Source: Gracilinanus agilis (taxonomy: Eukaryota). Taken from it: DNA of 64,000 nt. Of the stretch, positions 1 through 12,100 are shown piece after piece. The notes under the pieces were generated by a model, which had not been told where the DNA came from, made no database searches, and saw only the letters and a list, made by a program, of their open reading frames with translations. Made by a program: the position numbers and the translations under genes. Each line of letters starts with the position of its first letter. Within the stretch, counting starts at the first letter, position 1. The stretch is from NCBI RefSeq assembly GCF_016433145.1, contig NC_058133.1, forward strand, positions 178,719,261-178,783,260, given 5' to 3'.

Positions 1-118
1 GGGGGGGGGGGAAGGAAAGCACAGTAATTTACAGGAGCTGGTTTTAGGGCCCCTTTCTGCAAGCCTTGACCTGTGGTCCCAGGCTTGTGATCTGCAGCCT
101 GCTATTTAATAAACCTTT

Positions 119-140
119 TGTGTGTGTGTGTGTGTGTGTG
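119..140. repeat. (TG)n microsatellite
   Basis: Direct read: 11 TG units. Confidence 0.95.
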
Positions 141-1199
141 GGGGTGTCTTATCCACAGAATTGTCTCATAGCAGAATCTTCTTGCTGGCAGAGTTCCCCT
201 GCTAGCCGGAGTCCTGCCCGAAGATAGGCAGGGGCCAACACGTTAAACCACAGAAGAAAGAGAGTGAAAACACAGTGTGGACCATGAGAGAACACCACGA
301 GGGGAGCGTGGACAGCACAGAGAGGTGCTCTGTCATTCCCATTTCCCAAACCACGTCCAGGAGGCTGCTTCACGGGTTTCTTCTGGGGCCTCGGCTGGCT
401 AGAGGCTGTTACAAATGAGTCCAATTCCCATATGGGCCACTTAGCTTTGTTGGAAGAGAGAAAAACTGTATTGTGCGGCCATTGAGGAGAGGCTCGGCCC
501 CATCAGACACTCGTGGAGCCTGACTGTCAGTCACAGGAGTGAACGGGCCAGAGGGCTGCGGGATGACTCGCTCCTGCTACTGGGAAACGGAGCTCACAGC
601 ATCTGGCGGACGGAAGGCTGGACCATCCAATGTGAAGGACGGCATATTAACATAATGATTTCTTGGAGGGGGAGGGGAGGATGCTAGTCATCATCACGAC
701 CATTTATTAATCATCCCCCATTTGTGGTAACGGCTTATTCAGCTCAATCAAAGACATGAGGAAGTTCAAACAAACTCTTGGCAAGAGCCACTGATCTAAG
801 TACTTCACGGTCCATTCATCTCTTGGTTTAATGGTTTTCTTCTCTTCAAGCCACTCCTTCTGCCTGGAATCTCCCTTTTCTCTTCCATTCAACCCCATTT
901 CCACCTCCCAGACCTCATGCAAATCATTCTCTCCCACCTGGGTCCAACTCTGTCCCACCTTCCAGATGAAACCAGCTCCATTCAGTTTGGGGATGGCTAT
1001 GTAACACTGAACTGCACCCAGCTAGGAGGAAAACTTACTCTAAAAAGCTGTCATCATGATAGCGATGGCATTGGCCTCTCAACCAGAGAAGGAGGCTTCG
1101 ATTACTCTAATATCTGAAAGCAACAATTAAAAAACACTGTGCATAGCTTGGCCAGGAGGCCAAAAGAAAAGATGTTGAAACAAAGGGATGCCAGGGAGC

Positions 1200-1410
1200 T
1201 CATTCTCACAAGTCCATCCACCAAACCTTGTGCCCCAAAGTTTGCCATTTGAGGTACCCCTGTATAACAAAATGGAGCACAGCCAGAGGAGGGAGACCAG
1301 ACTGGTGAAGGGGACTAGAGATCATGCCAAAGGATTCAGACCAGAGGAACTGAAGGTGTTTATCCAGAGAAGGAAAGAAGGGAGGCCACCACTGAGTCTC
1401 TTCAAGATAG
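1200..1410 (+). mobile_element. L3/CR1 LINE fragment (C-terminal part of ORF2)
   Basis: aaaatggagcacagccagaggagggagaccagactggtgaagggg...gaggaactgaaggtgttt matches the CR1 'LERVQRRATRMVKGL...LKELGMFSLEKRR' region. Confidence 0.8.
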
Positions 1411-1419
1411 TGCAAAGGT

Positions 1420-1582
1420 AGATTGAGAACCAGGCCTAGAGATGGGTGGTCCTAGGTTCAAATTTGACCTCAGGTATTTCCTGGCTGTGTGACCCTGGGC
1501 AAGTCACTTAACCCCAGCTGCCTAGCCCTTCCGACCTCAGACATTTCCTTGGCTGTGTATTCCAAGATGGAAAGTAAGGGTT
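1420..1582 (+). mobile_element. SINE1_Mdo-type SINE, 5' truncated, with internal duplicated segment
   Basis: ggttcaaat B-box, CORE gtgaccctgggcaagtcacttaac, tail gaaagtaagggtt. Confidence 0.85.
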
Positions 1583-1844
1583 AAAATTTTTTTTTTCTTT
1601 TAAGTTAATGCAAAGGAAGAAAGACAGTTGGAAGCATGGCTCTATAAACTCATTATCTGGTTTTGGAAACATGGCTGAACTAGGAACCTTTGTCCTCTTA
1701 CCTGTAAAATGAGAGACTAGAAAGAATCCTTATATCCATGACAGAAATGGGGTGGTGGAATACCTGTTTAACTGTACTGAGATGTTCCTCTCCAAATTAT
1801 GAGACTTCATACTAGGTACCTGAAGATTTGGAAGGTTCTAGGGA

Positions 1845-2231
1845 AGGGATCCTTAATCTTTTTTTATGTCATGGATCCTTTTGGCAATCTAATGAAATCT
1901 ATGAATCCCTTCTCAGGGGGGTTGTTTTTAAAAGGCATAAAATAAAACACACAGGATTACTAAGAAAATGAATTATAAAGAAATAAAGTTATCAAGGTAT
2001 TTTTTAAACTCTTACCTTCTAACTTAGAATCAATACTGTTTCATTTGTGAGGCAGAAGAGCAGTAAGGGCTAGGCAACTGGGGTTAAGTGACTTGCCCAA
2101 GTTTACACAGCTAGGAAATGAACCCAGGACCTCTCATATCCAGGCTTGGCTCTCTATCTATTGAATCACCTAGCTGCCATTATCAAGATATTTTTTTTGA
2201 AAGTTCATGGACTCCCAATGAACAATGCTTG
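1845..2231 (-). mobile_element. Charlie4z-like hAT MITE, interrupted by a SINE
   Basis: ttttatgtcatggatccttttggcaatct...aaaataaaacacacaggattac...ttatcaag...aagttcatggactccc resembles the Charlie4z end. Confidence 0.7.
2006..2179 (-). mobile_element. SINE1_Mdo-type SINE with ~16-bp TSD
   Basis: Flanked by ttatcaaggtattttt (1989) and ttatcaagatattttt (2180); diagnostic tail cttaccttct...gcagtaagggctaggca. Confidence 0.9.
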
Positions 2232-2324
2232 AGGTCCAGAATCTAAAATCAAGTGAAGTTTCTTTCGTTATATTTAGGAGCCTTGAAGGAAAGAGCAATT
2301 TAGTTGACTTAAAATGGCACTGAC

Positions 2325-2430
2325 TTTAGACTACTTATTGTGATCTAGACCTGGTTCTTCTACTAACTAGTTTTGTGACCTTGGACAAGTCATTTCATCT
2401 TTCTCAGACTGTTTCATTAGCAGTGAAATT
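2325..2430 (+). mobile_element. MIR (CORE-SINE) fragment
   Basis: gtgaccttggacaagtcatt CORE. Confidence 0.7.
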
Positions 2431-3189
2431 AATTAACTAGGCTAAGATTTATCTAAGGGCCCAATGGTTCACTGGGAGGCTGGAATCCCTACATATTCCT
2501 ACAGCCAATAGCTATTCTCCATCATTGGATGACGGAGAACTTTTTCTTCCTGAGTCAAGGGACCAAAAATTGAACTATGGCTGACAGAGTGAGGTACTCA
2601 GGTATCTGAGCTCCCAGCACTGGCTGACACTCCAGTTCCCCCCAAAAAATCCTTTTTACTTGTCTTCCAGCCCTGGAAATTGACATGACATGCAAGCAGC
2701 ATGTCTGACAAAGCCTTTACTTCCACTGAGAAACCTTCAATAAAAGCCAAATAAAGTTTCTATGACTTAAAAAAACAACAACACCTAAATCCTAGGCTCT
2801 TGGCTTAATGGATAGAACAGAAGCACTGTCTTGTTATGCTAAGTAATAGACAGGTAGAGTAGAAAGAGAGAAATGCATCAAGAAGATTCAGATGCTCTGA
2901 GCAACTTATTTATCCAGAAATGAACAGATAGAGACAACCTCAGTGAAAGGGTCTGGTTTACGCTTCTCAAAGTCAACCAATCAACACAGGAAAAGAAACT
3001 GCAATATGAGGTCTATACGTTAAAGGGCATCAATATATCATGTCTTCTAATTGGTGGATGATGGATGAGGGTAGCTGACAGAGGTGCCTCTCCTTCATGT
3101 GTGATGGATCTGGGTACATGAACAAACTCTTCTTTAGGAAGGAGAGAAGATAAAGAAGAGCGTCATCCAAGGTCGAGGTCAAAAAAAAA

Positions 3190-3620
3190 AAAAGATGCTG
3201 AAACAAAAGGATGCTGGGAAACTCATTCTTACAAGTCCGTCCATCAAATCATATGTCCCAGAGCTTACCATTTGAGGTGTCCATAATAAAACAGAACATA
3301 TCCAGAGGAAGAAGTGGTCTATTGAAGGGACTGGGGGAACTGGGGATGTTTAGCTGGAGAAGGAAAGCCTGGGAGACCAATCCTGAGTCTTTTTAAGATC
3401 TAGGAACAATTGAGTAGAAGTTACAGAAAAACAGATTTCAGTTCAAGGTAAAGAATTGTTTCTTAACAATTAACCTATTTCCAAATGGTATGGGCTGCCT
3501 TAGAAAAGAATATTTTTTCTTTCTCTAGAAACTTAGGGAGGAGGGAAGGCCAGTAGGAATGTTGTAGAAGCAATTACTGTTGAGATACAGGTAGGACTAG
3601 ATGATCTCTAAGGTCCTCTT
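3190..3620 (+). mobile_element. L3/CR1 LINE 3' fragment
   Basis: tccagaggaagaagtggtctattgaagggactg...gatgtttagctggagaagg; 3' end gactagatgatctctaaggtcc. Confidence 0.8.
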
Positions 3621-3679
3621 AGATGAGGATAACATGACAAATTCTCCCCTTTCTGTGGAGAGGGAGCCATTCCTAGAGA

Positions 3680-3830
3680 AGGGAGCTTCCCAGGTTCAAA
3701 TCTGCCCTCAGACACTTCCTAGCGGGCAAGTCAATTAATCACAATTTTTTTTTTAGCCCATACCACTCTTCTGTCTTGGGATCATACTTAATATTTTTTT
3801 GATTCTAAGACAGAAGGTAAGGGTTAAAAA
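3680..3830 (+). mobile_element. SINE1_Mdo-type SINE
   Basis: Tail gattctaagacagaaggtaagggtt. Confidence 0.85.
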
Positions 3831-3879
3831 ATATCCAACCTTCTACAAGAAGTCTTTCCTCATCTCTCTTAATGCTAAG

Positions 3880-4065
3880 ATCTTCCCTTTGTTGATTACT
3901 TGGGTTTTTATCCTGCATTTACTTGTTTGTACATATTTGTTTGCATGTTGTCTCCTCTATGAGCTCCTTAAGGGCAGGGATTAGCTTTTAACTTTGAATT
4001 CCTGGTATAGCAGTGCCTGACACATAGAGGGCACTTAAAAAATACTTGATGACTTTAGTTAATTG
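3880..4065 (+). mobile_element. L2 LINE 3' end
   Basis: gagctccttaagggcaggga...gtgcctgacacatagagggcactt. Confidence 0.8.
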
Positions 4066-4879
4066 ACAGATGGAGAGATCCTACCAAGAGGCTAACTGGT
4101 CCTGCCATTTCTTCTGGTAGGTTTTCACTGGTTTCGTGAATAGCCTAAAAAGATTTTGCTCAGAAAAGCAGAGGGAGGAATAATGGTGCCCAACAGATCT
4201 TTGCCTCTCTTCTCATGGTGACATCTTGACCTGAAAATGTGCCTCTCTGGGTTTTCATCCTGGACTCTCCACATCATCTTCCACAGAATGGAAAAATACT
4301 CCTGCAATTGTCTCTGCTGAAGTCTGCCGAAACCCAACAGCAATAGTGAATTCAGACAAGGGGCCTTTTCTCAGCCAACCTCAGTGAGAGCATGAAACAG
4401 CCACTGGTCACAGGGGAGCCCGTACTCAGAAAATAGGCAGAGGATGAGTCTCAGCATCCAGAGACTCCAGGATTTGACCCCTGCCACTACTGAGACATAC
4501 AGATGACAGGAATGGCAGTAATTGCTGGAACAGAGCCTCTCACTGCCCAATGGGGATGATTCTGGCTGCCATTCCAGAGATAATCGACCAGATCTTTCAT
4601 GGTGCTTTCTGTCAAATGATATTGTCCATTTCTGCCTGATTCAACTGGTTAGGTATATCATATTTAAAAGACCTGTATGTACCTTAGAGACATTATGTGC
4701 CATAAAGATAGGAGCACAGTGACTAGTACATAGTAAGCTTTCTGTAAATATTTGTTGACTATTGACTGACTGATTATGTCTTCGAGGCTCTCTTCCACAA
4801 CTCTTCTTTAAACAATAAATTCAGCAGTCTTGTTAGTGATTTTGCACACTTCCCTGAAACAATTATTGAATATCGTATC

Positions 4880-5120
4880 GTTTTTTTCAGTTGTTTTAGT
4901 TGTGTGTGACTCTTTGAAACCCCATTTGGACTTTTCTTGGCAAAGATAATGAAGTGGTTTGCCATTTTCTTCTCCAATTCACTTTATACTTGAGGAAACT
5001 GAGACAAACACAGTTAGGCGACTTAACTAGGATCACATAGCCAATAAGTATCTGAGGGCTGATTTGAACTGAGAAAGGAGTCTTCTTGACATCAGGTCTG
5101 GGACTCTATCCACCATGCCA
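4880..5120 (-). mobile_element. MAR1-type marsupial SINE (CORE plus RTE-like tail)
   Basis: ccccatttggacttttcttggcaaagata...gccattttcttctcc...gaggaaactgag. Confidence 0.85.
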
Positions 5121-5124
5121 TCTG

Positions 5125-5275
5125 TAATTATACATTTAGAGCTGGAAGGGACCTTAGAGGTAATTTAGTTTAACCCCTTCTTTTTACAGAAGAGGAAACC
5201 AAGGTCCAGTGAAAACTCATACAAGGTCAGAAGTAGTAAACGGCAGAGTCAGGATTTAAATCCAGGTCTTCCTCT
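5125..5275 (-). mobile_element. MIR
   Basis: ttagagctggaagggaccttagagg...ttttacagaagaggaaacc. Confidence 0.8.
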
Positions 5276-5449
5276 CAGGCTCTTTCTTTCAGCAGTTACT
5301 ATCCCCAAATGCTGAAATCTAGCTAAAAGCAAAAGAGGATGATAACAAAATAATGGTCCAATCTTTAGCACTTAGTCTCGACACTAAACAAATATGAAAT
5401 ATCTCTAGCACTCAATCTTTTTTTTAACATTCCCTCAATTCTAGCTCTG

Positions 5450-5620
5450 GCTTTTCTCGGTCAGTCATTTTTCAGTCACATCCCATTCTTGTGATCTCAT
5501 TTGAGGTTTCCTGGCAGAAATATCAGATCATTTTGCCCTTTCCTACTTTTAGCTCATTTTATAAAGAAACTGAGGCAAATGGGTCCCGCAACTAGTAAAT
5601 GTCTGAGGCCAAATTTGAAC
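5450..5620 (-). mobile_element. MAR1-type SINE
   Basis: cagtcatttttcagtcac...agctcattttataaagaaactgaggcaaat. Confidence 0.75.
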
Positions 5621-5649
5621 ACTAGGCTCTACGTAGATTATTAACTAGG

Positions 5650-6320
5650 CAATTCCTTCTTCCAGTCTTCTCCCTCCCTCTTCTTTCCATTCTTCACACT
5701 GTTGCCCACCTAATCTTCCTATTCTACCACTCTGTTCATGTCACTCCTCTACTCAAAAAACCTCAGTGGCTCCCTACTGCCTACCAGATGAAGCATAAAT
5801 TGCTTAATCTGCCATTCAAAGTCATTCACAATCTGACCTCACCTTATTTTTCCAGTCTCCCCCTCATTTTTGCATGCTCCATTCTGGCTCAAACAGATTA
5901 CTCTATCTTCCATTCTCCCTTCTCCCATCCCTAGACCTTTGCTTGTGCCAACAGTCTATGTCTGGAATGCCATCTTCCACGTCTCCTTTTCTCCTCATCT
6001 CATTTAAAGCCTACTGAAAACCTCATGTTCCCTTCAAGGCCAAGTCAGGCACCAGCCTTTCCTGACCCTCCTAAATGAAAATGACCCCTTCCTTTCTTAA
6101 ATTTCTCAGAGCATTTTATCTCAATCTCACTTTTTCACTTTCCACATTTTCCATTCTGCAGTTATTTTTATACATGTCTTTCCCTTCATAATAGATCGTA
6201 AAATCGTCAGGAGCAGGGACTTCACCCATCTATATTTGTGTCTCCTCAGCCAGTGAGGGAGTGCCTCACATTACATCTGGAACATATTACACTTTAATAA
6301 ATGTTTGTGAAATTGAGTTG
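5650..6320 (+). mobile_element. L2 LINE 3' region
   Basis: ctactcaaaaacctcagtggctccctactgcc; ends gagcagggac...aataaatgtttgtgaaattga. Confidence 0.85.
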
Positions 6321-6649
6321 ACTTCACCGCTGTCTGCACATCTGTTTTCTGCACATCTGAGGTTTCAAAACCTCAATCACATTCTTACAGCCTGAACCCA
6401 TACAAATATGAAGGGAGGTAGTGTGGCAATATGGAAGGAACACTGGCCATGAAATCATTTCTATCTCTTCTACCTGTGTGACCAAGGGCAAGTCGGGTAA
6501 CATCCCCAACCCTCAGAATAAGAATAAAGATTGAATGACTGGGAGAGTCAGTGAAGTTTAACAGTAAGTACAGTACAGTGGATTAATACTGGGAGGCTGG
6601 TATCAGAGCCCTGGTTCTGCTCTTTTCTATTCATATATTCAATGGAAAA

Positions 6650-6830
6650 AAGCAATAGCTATAGAGTCAAAGGTCCCATATTCAAATTCTGCCTCTGATG
6701 TTAACTGTCTCTATAAATACGGGCAAGTTGCTTCACAACCATGGGTCTCGGTTTCCCCATGAGAAAATGAGAAGGCTTTGCTAAATAGCCCCTCATGACC
6801 CTTCTGGCTCTAATCTCTGGTCCCTTGATC
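6650..6830 (+). mobile_element. MIR
   Basis: ttcaaattctgcctctga...gggcaagttgctt...ggtttccccatgagaaaatgag. Confidence 0.7.
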
Positions 6831-7124
6831 TATGAACTAAGTTAGTTCCTATAAGTTCATCAAGAAAATAGCAAAGGGCAATAAAATCACCTTTATGCTA
6901 ACATAAAAGAAACTGAAAGGATAGGGAACCTTAGGGAGGAAATCTTTCTCCTTCCAGTTAAATTCTCAGGGTGAGGACTGAGGAAGGATGAGATTTGATA
7001 GATGGAGAAGTGAGAGAGGAAGGATGTCATTTCAAATTGGTCTTCCTGGGACAGAGTAGGGGAAAAATCTCTTTCCCAATTTTTTATTTTGTTCAAAAGG
7101 GCATAAAGTCTTTCTTCTTTAATC

Positions 7125-7330
7125 AATAGTAAATCAACATTTATTAAACACCTACCATGGTGCCAGGCACTGTGCTAAGCGCTAGGAATTCAAAAAGAAA
7201 GAAAAGACAACTCTTGGCCTCATGGAGTTCTAAATCTATTGGGAAGGAAGGAGGTCACAATCTAATGTTGAATCTTTTGAAGGTCAAGCTCTAGCAGGCT
7301 ATCAGCTAGGCTAATGTTTCTATAATTGGC
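7125..7330 (-). mobile_element. L2 (marsupial L2_Mars-like) 3' end
   Basis: aacatttattaaacacctaccatggtgccaggcactgtgctaagcgctagg. Confidence 0.85.
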
Positions 7331-8369
7331 CATCCTCCAAAGGACCCAAGCACTATGAATGGTGATGACAAGTTCAAATTCTCTTTCTTCAAAACAAAAA
7401 AAAAAAATGTCCAAGTTGAAGCAACTTGCTCACCTTTCTAGCAAGAAAGCGAAGCCCTTTCTCAAGCAAAAGCAGGCAGACTATACTGTTTTGGCAGTAA
7501 GTATCCACTTCTGAAATCAGGGAAAGGGAGAGAGACATGGATCAAAAAGAGATGGAATATCTAATATCCAACCGTCTTTCACCGGAGAGGCAAGTGAGCT
7601 GCACACGTAATCAGTGTCCTTCTCCTGAATCCCCTAGCTATGACCCTGAGCAAGCCATTCAGTGCCCCCAGACGACTCATTAGGATTAGAAATCACGGGA
7701 GTTGATCATCTACATTTGCTGAGTTTCCACTTTATCACTGCCACCAAAATAACCCTCAAGTATTTGATTTTATTAAATGTATCCCCTTTTAAATGAACCA
7801 ACAAATATCCTACATGGCAATGAAGACAGAGGAATTCCCAAGTCCATTAATAGCAATGATCAATCAACCAAACAAAAAGCTTTTACTATGTGCCAAGCAC
7901 TGTGTTAAGGGCTGGGGACATAAGAAGAAAATTTTAAATGGGTTTGTCTTTCAAGAGCTCACATTCTAATGGAAACAATGTCGGTGCACACAGACACAAG
8001 GAATGCCCAGAGAGATTACTAAACTAGCATTATCATCATTTTCTTCACCTCTCTCCTCTCTCCATCATCATCATGGCTGATATTGCCAAAATGCTTACAA
8101 TGTGCTTAACAACATAATTTCATTTGTCCCAAGCAACAACTTTATTCAGTAAACACACTTTATAATTTCCCTCCTTACAGGAGGAAGCCAAGGCTTGAGG
8201 AAGCAAGATGACCGGCCTAGGATCACACAGCCAGGAAGCATTAAGAGGATGTGTTTGAACGAAAGTCGGTCTCAGCATCCAAAGTAGAAGCACATATATC
8301 CAGGCCAAAGGAAGCCGTACAGGGATGAGAAGGAAGGAAGGGAATAAGCACTTCTATAGTGCCTACTAT

Positions 8370-8610
8370 GTAAGTGCCAGCATTCGAGAAGCAATTTGTG
8401 AATATTATCCCATTTTGTCCTCACAACAATCCTGTGAAATAGGTACTGTTATTATCCTCATTCTACAACTGAAAAAACAGAGGCAAACAGAGTCACACGG
8501 GTGACTTGCTCGGGTCACACAGCTAGCAAGTGTTGGAGGGTTGGAGGCTAGATTTGAATTTAGATCTTCCTGACTCCAGGTCCGGAGCTCTAAGCCACCT
8601 AGCTGTCCCT
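8370..8610 (-). mobile_element. MIR/marsupial CORE-SINE
   Basis: cctcacaacaatcctgtga...gtgacttgctcgggtcacacagctag...ccacctagctgtccc. Confidence 0.85.
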
Positions 8611-8939
8611 GGTTAATGTATAAAAGGGGCACTTCTCTGAAAATACCTTCTGGCTAGACCTCTCATAAATCAGAGAGGTACCCTGGGCATGTGCAAACAC
8701 ACCTAGGAGAGTCAGGTGAAAGGAAAAGGGTTTCATCTTTACTTTTTGGACTATGAAGAGAAAATATCCTCTGGTCCCTCAGAAAGTTCTGGACATCTTC
8801 CATTAGATTTAGGCTGGTGGTTTTTCTCCAGCAGCATCTAGAATGTTGGCTCACATCTCAAGGGGTTAAGCAACAGGAAGCTAAAGAGGAATTTTTTGTT
8901 ATTTGCAACATAGGCAGCAGAAACCAATGCCCCTTGCTG

Positions 8940-9400
8940 GCATGAGATCCTGATGGGGGAGAGAGAGAGGAGTCAGGGGATTGGGGGTGTGGAGGGAGGG
9001 GGGGAAGGAGAAGAAATTCATACAATCCACCCACAACCGGCTGCTATTGGTGGGCTCCCTGCCAACCGGCACCACACATAGCCTTCCTGTTCATTTCACC
9101 TCATGAATGATTTTTAAAGCTTTTTAATTGTCCTTAATAAATTACCTACATGTGCACGATTGTTACAATAGTTCCATTAATTTTTTTTCTCTGCGCATCT
9201 AAGCTGTTTATCACACGAGTGTTAATGGAAAAGAAAAACATGTCAGACAGACACTCTGTCTCACACAAGGCTCAAGCCAATTAATGCTTCCGGGATTGCT
9301 TTCACATACCGCAAACAATTACAAACATATTTATTTCATCCAGCAAAATCTTCACATTGGCCTCACTGAAATGAACAGAAGGAAGGCAGAGAGGGAGCCT
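8940..9400. promoter_or_regulatory. Candidate conserved non-coding element with upstream G4-forming run
   Basis: Repeat-free; clustered TAAT/ATTA, retained CpGs, ATTGG at 9046; G-runs at 8976-9004. Conservation not tested. Confidence 0.5.
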
Positions 9401-9644
9401 CAGTCCAACTGGAGGCAGGATGGGCAATGGGAGGCAGGCATCCTCTCCTTACGCACTTTCAGGAATTGGGGAACTTCATTTTTGTTCCCCTTTGACTGAA
9501 ATCTAAACTGTGGGTCTTCAGGGTGAACCCACTTCCCAAACCAAGTAGAGAAGGAGGTGTACAGGCCAAGAGTCACTTCAAGACTTCTGGTATCGAAGGC
9601 CCTCCAGTAGAAGGGATTTATCCAAGATTATTTCAAGTAGCTTA

Positions 9645-9819
9645 AAGTAGCAGCTAGAAGAGCCAGACTTAGAGACAGGAGGTCCTGGGTTCAAATGTGA
9701 TATCGGACATTTAGCTGTGTAATCCTGGGCAAGTCACTTAACCCCCACTGCGGAGCTCTTACCGCTCTTCTGCCTTGGAACCAATATTCAGTATCAATTC
9801 TAAGACAGAAGGTAATGGC

Positions 9820-9851
<32 letters not shown>

Positions 9852-9870
9852 AGAAAGAAAGAAAGAAAGA
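9645..9870 (+). mobile_element. SINE1_Mdo-type SINE with (TAAA)n(GAAA)n tail
   Basis: Diagnostic body and tail aattctaagacagaaggtaa followed by a microsatellite tail. Confidence 0.9.
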
Positions 9871-9934
9871 AATAGCTTAGCCTGGGGGAAAAGACAAGTA
9901 CTTGGACCAGCAAATCCCAAGTGACATTGCTGTC

Positions 9935-10170
9935 CCCTTCTAGATGGCTCAGTGGATAGAACTCCAGGACTGGAGTCAGGAAGACCTGAGTTTATATCTG
10001 GCCTCAGACACTTTAACCGTGTGATTCTGGGCATGTCATTCAACCCTGCTGGCCTCAGTTTCCTTAACTGTAAAATGACCTGGAGAAGGAAATAGCAAAA
10101 TCACTCCAGTATCTTTGCTAAGAAACCCCAAATAGGGTCATGAAGTTGAACACAATTGAACAACAACAAA
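9935..10170 (+). mobile_element. MAR1-type SINE
   Basis: tagatggctcagtggataga...ggagaaggaaatagcaaaatcactccagtatctttgctaagaaacccc. Confidence 0.9.
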
Positions 10171-10844
10171 TCCCTTCCATACCTTCTCATATAAATTATT
10201 GGTGGAGAAGGTAAAGGAGGGAGCTGAGGAAACTTGTCATAAACCCAAGCACTGGCAGCCAACAGAAGATCAGAGAATTTTGCATTTAGAGACTGGCAGA
10301 ACTTTAGAAATCATATAATCCATCCCCTTCACTTGACAGAAGAAACTGAATCAGGGGCTTGAGTTCTAAAGCTGCTTTGATGTTCACTACCAATGCCACC
10401 TTGCACAAGTCTCTTAGCCACCTTGGGCCTGTCTCCTCATCTGTAAAATCACACGGTTGGACCAAATAGACCCGAAGGTCCACATCTATCATTTATTCCA
10501 TTCATCAATGAGCAGAGCTGGAACTTGAACACAAGTCTTTCAACTCCAAATCCATGCTGTCTCTCCCACTGAGAGCTTACCAAGAATTCGTGTAGAAAAG
10601 TATATTTGTGAAGTAGAGAGAAATCTGAGTCTCAGCCACATCACTGCCTTAACTCCTAATCTCACAGCTAGTAGAGATATTAGACTATTAGGTTAGAGGT
10701 GGAAGAATAAACAAAGGCCATCTAGTCCAGCAGAGTCCCTGCCCTTCTACAGAGAAGCAAAGGAAGGCCCAAAACTTAACCTATGATCACACAAGTCGGA
10801 AGAGATAAGAGTCAGGAGTCATACTCAGGTCCTCTGATTACCAA

Positions 10845-11075
10845 ACATAGCTAAGTGGTCCAGTAAATAGAGAACTAGACCTAGAGTCATGAAGACCTGA
10901 GTTCAAATCCAGATTCAAATATTTACTAGCTAGGTGACCCAGGGCAAGTCATTAAAAAAAACCTGCCTCAGTTTATCCAACTATAAAATGGAGAAAATAA
11001 CAGCACTTTACTCTCAGAGTTGCTGTGAGGATCTGATATTTGTAAAGTGTCTTAGCCCAGTTCTCTGCACTTCCA
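10845..11075 (+). mobile_element. MIR
   Basis: gaagacctgagttcaaatcc...cctcagtttatccaactataaaatgg...gttgctgtgagga. Confidence 0.85.
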
Positions 11076-11649
11076 CTAAGCTCCTTCCACAGCCATTGCT
11101 GGCCTTAACTGGGCATCTCTAGTGCTAGTATATATTTTTTTCTGTCTGTCTATCTGCCTCTCCCTCTCCCCCATAATGGGTACCATTTCACAAGGGTTTA
11201 GGCAAAGCTACCAGAACCCTAACTCAATTTCTATTAGGCAATTCCTCATGGATCCATATTGCCCCAATATAAATTAACTCCAGATATGGATGGGCCTGAA
11301 AAGTTCATCTCTGAGAGATGGTCATCTCTTGAATATGGCTTCTCTGACCTTGAAACCCTACCCAAGAGGCTCTGCTTGTGAAAGGCTCCAAAGTGAGGAG
11401 CTAGTACCTTGGGGATAGATTTACAGCTGAAAAGAAATGAAAAACAAAACAACCTAAGAACTCAAACTCATTTTGTTGTGGCCAAAAGAGGTCTCTTGAT
11501 GGAAAGAACTTTGGGTCATGTAAAGGTCCCAAAGAAAGGATTTGTATTCCAAATACCTTAAACCACAAGGGGTCTGGCCAGAAAAAAAGGACAAGGTAGC
11601 ATTCAGGAAGCAGATTTACATCCAAGGAAGGGAACCAGAACTCCCAGGG

Positions 11650-12100
11650 AGCCCTGCTAAATACTCAGCCTGAATGAACAGAAACTTGTTGCATGCTAAT
11701 ATATGCTGCCTCCCCCTTAAACTGCTTATGAACACTATAATTTTCTTCACTAAAACACTGTCTAATAGAACCAGCCCCCCTTTCTAATTACAGACGTTTT
11801 GTATGCATTATAATCTTTATACAATTAAGCCACTAAAAAAAATAACTGATTAAATTCTCCCCTAACCCCCCCCCCAACCCCCAGGCCCGCAATCACCCCT
11901 CCCCAATTTTTTTTTTAAACACTGAGGGAACATTGAGTTTGCTTGCAGACAGACCAAATCCCAGGAAATTGGAATCTGGGCTGACACAGTCCTTTGTCTA
12001 TAGCTACAGGGAGAAAGTCAACTTTTAACTTCAAATCCCTATATTTGACAGCTCACATCTGACTCTGTTGTCAAATAAAAAGCTTGCATGTGGTGTATAA
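11650..12100. promoter_or_regulatory. Candidate conserved non-coding element
   Basis: Repeat-free; ctaatta, caatta and tgattaaat homeodomain-type words; C-run cluster at 11859-11904. Confidence 0.45.

Noticed and set aside
445-684. 80-codon stop-free frame (LCWKREKLYCAAIEERLGP...)
   Set aside because: No ATG, no convincing splice sites, and no recognisable domain.
700-910. Possible L2/CR1 RT-like remnant on the minus strand
   Set aside because: Similarity was too weak to assign by eye.
6333-6359. Direct repeat tctgcacatctg x2 (two CAGATG E-boxes)
   Set aside because: The spacer of 9 nt does not fit the 5-nt double-E-box arrangement; probably a slippage duplication.
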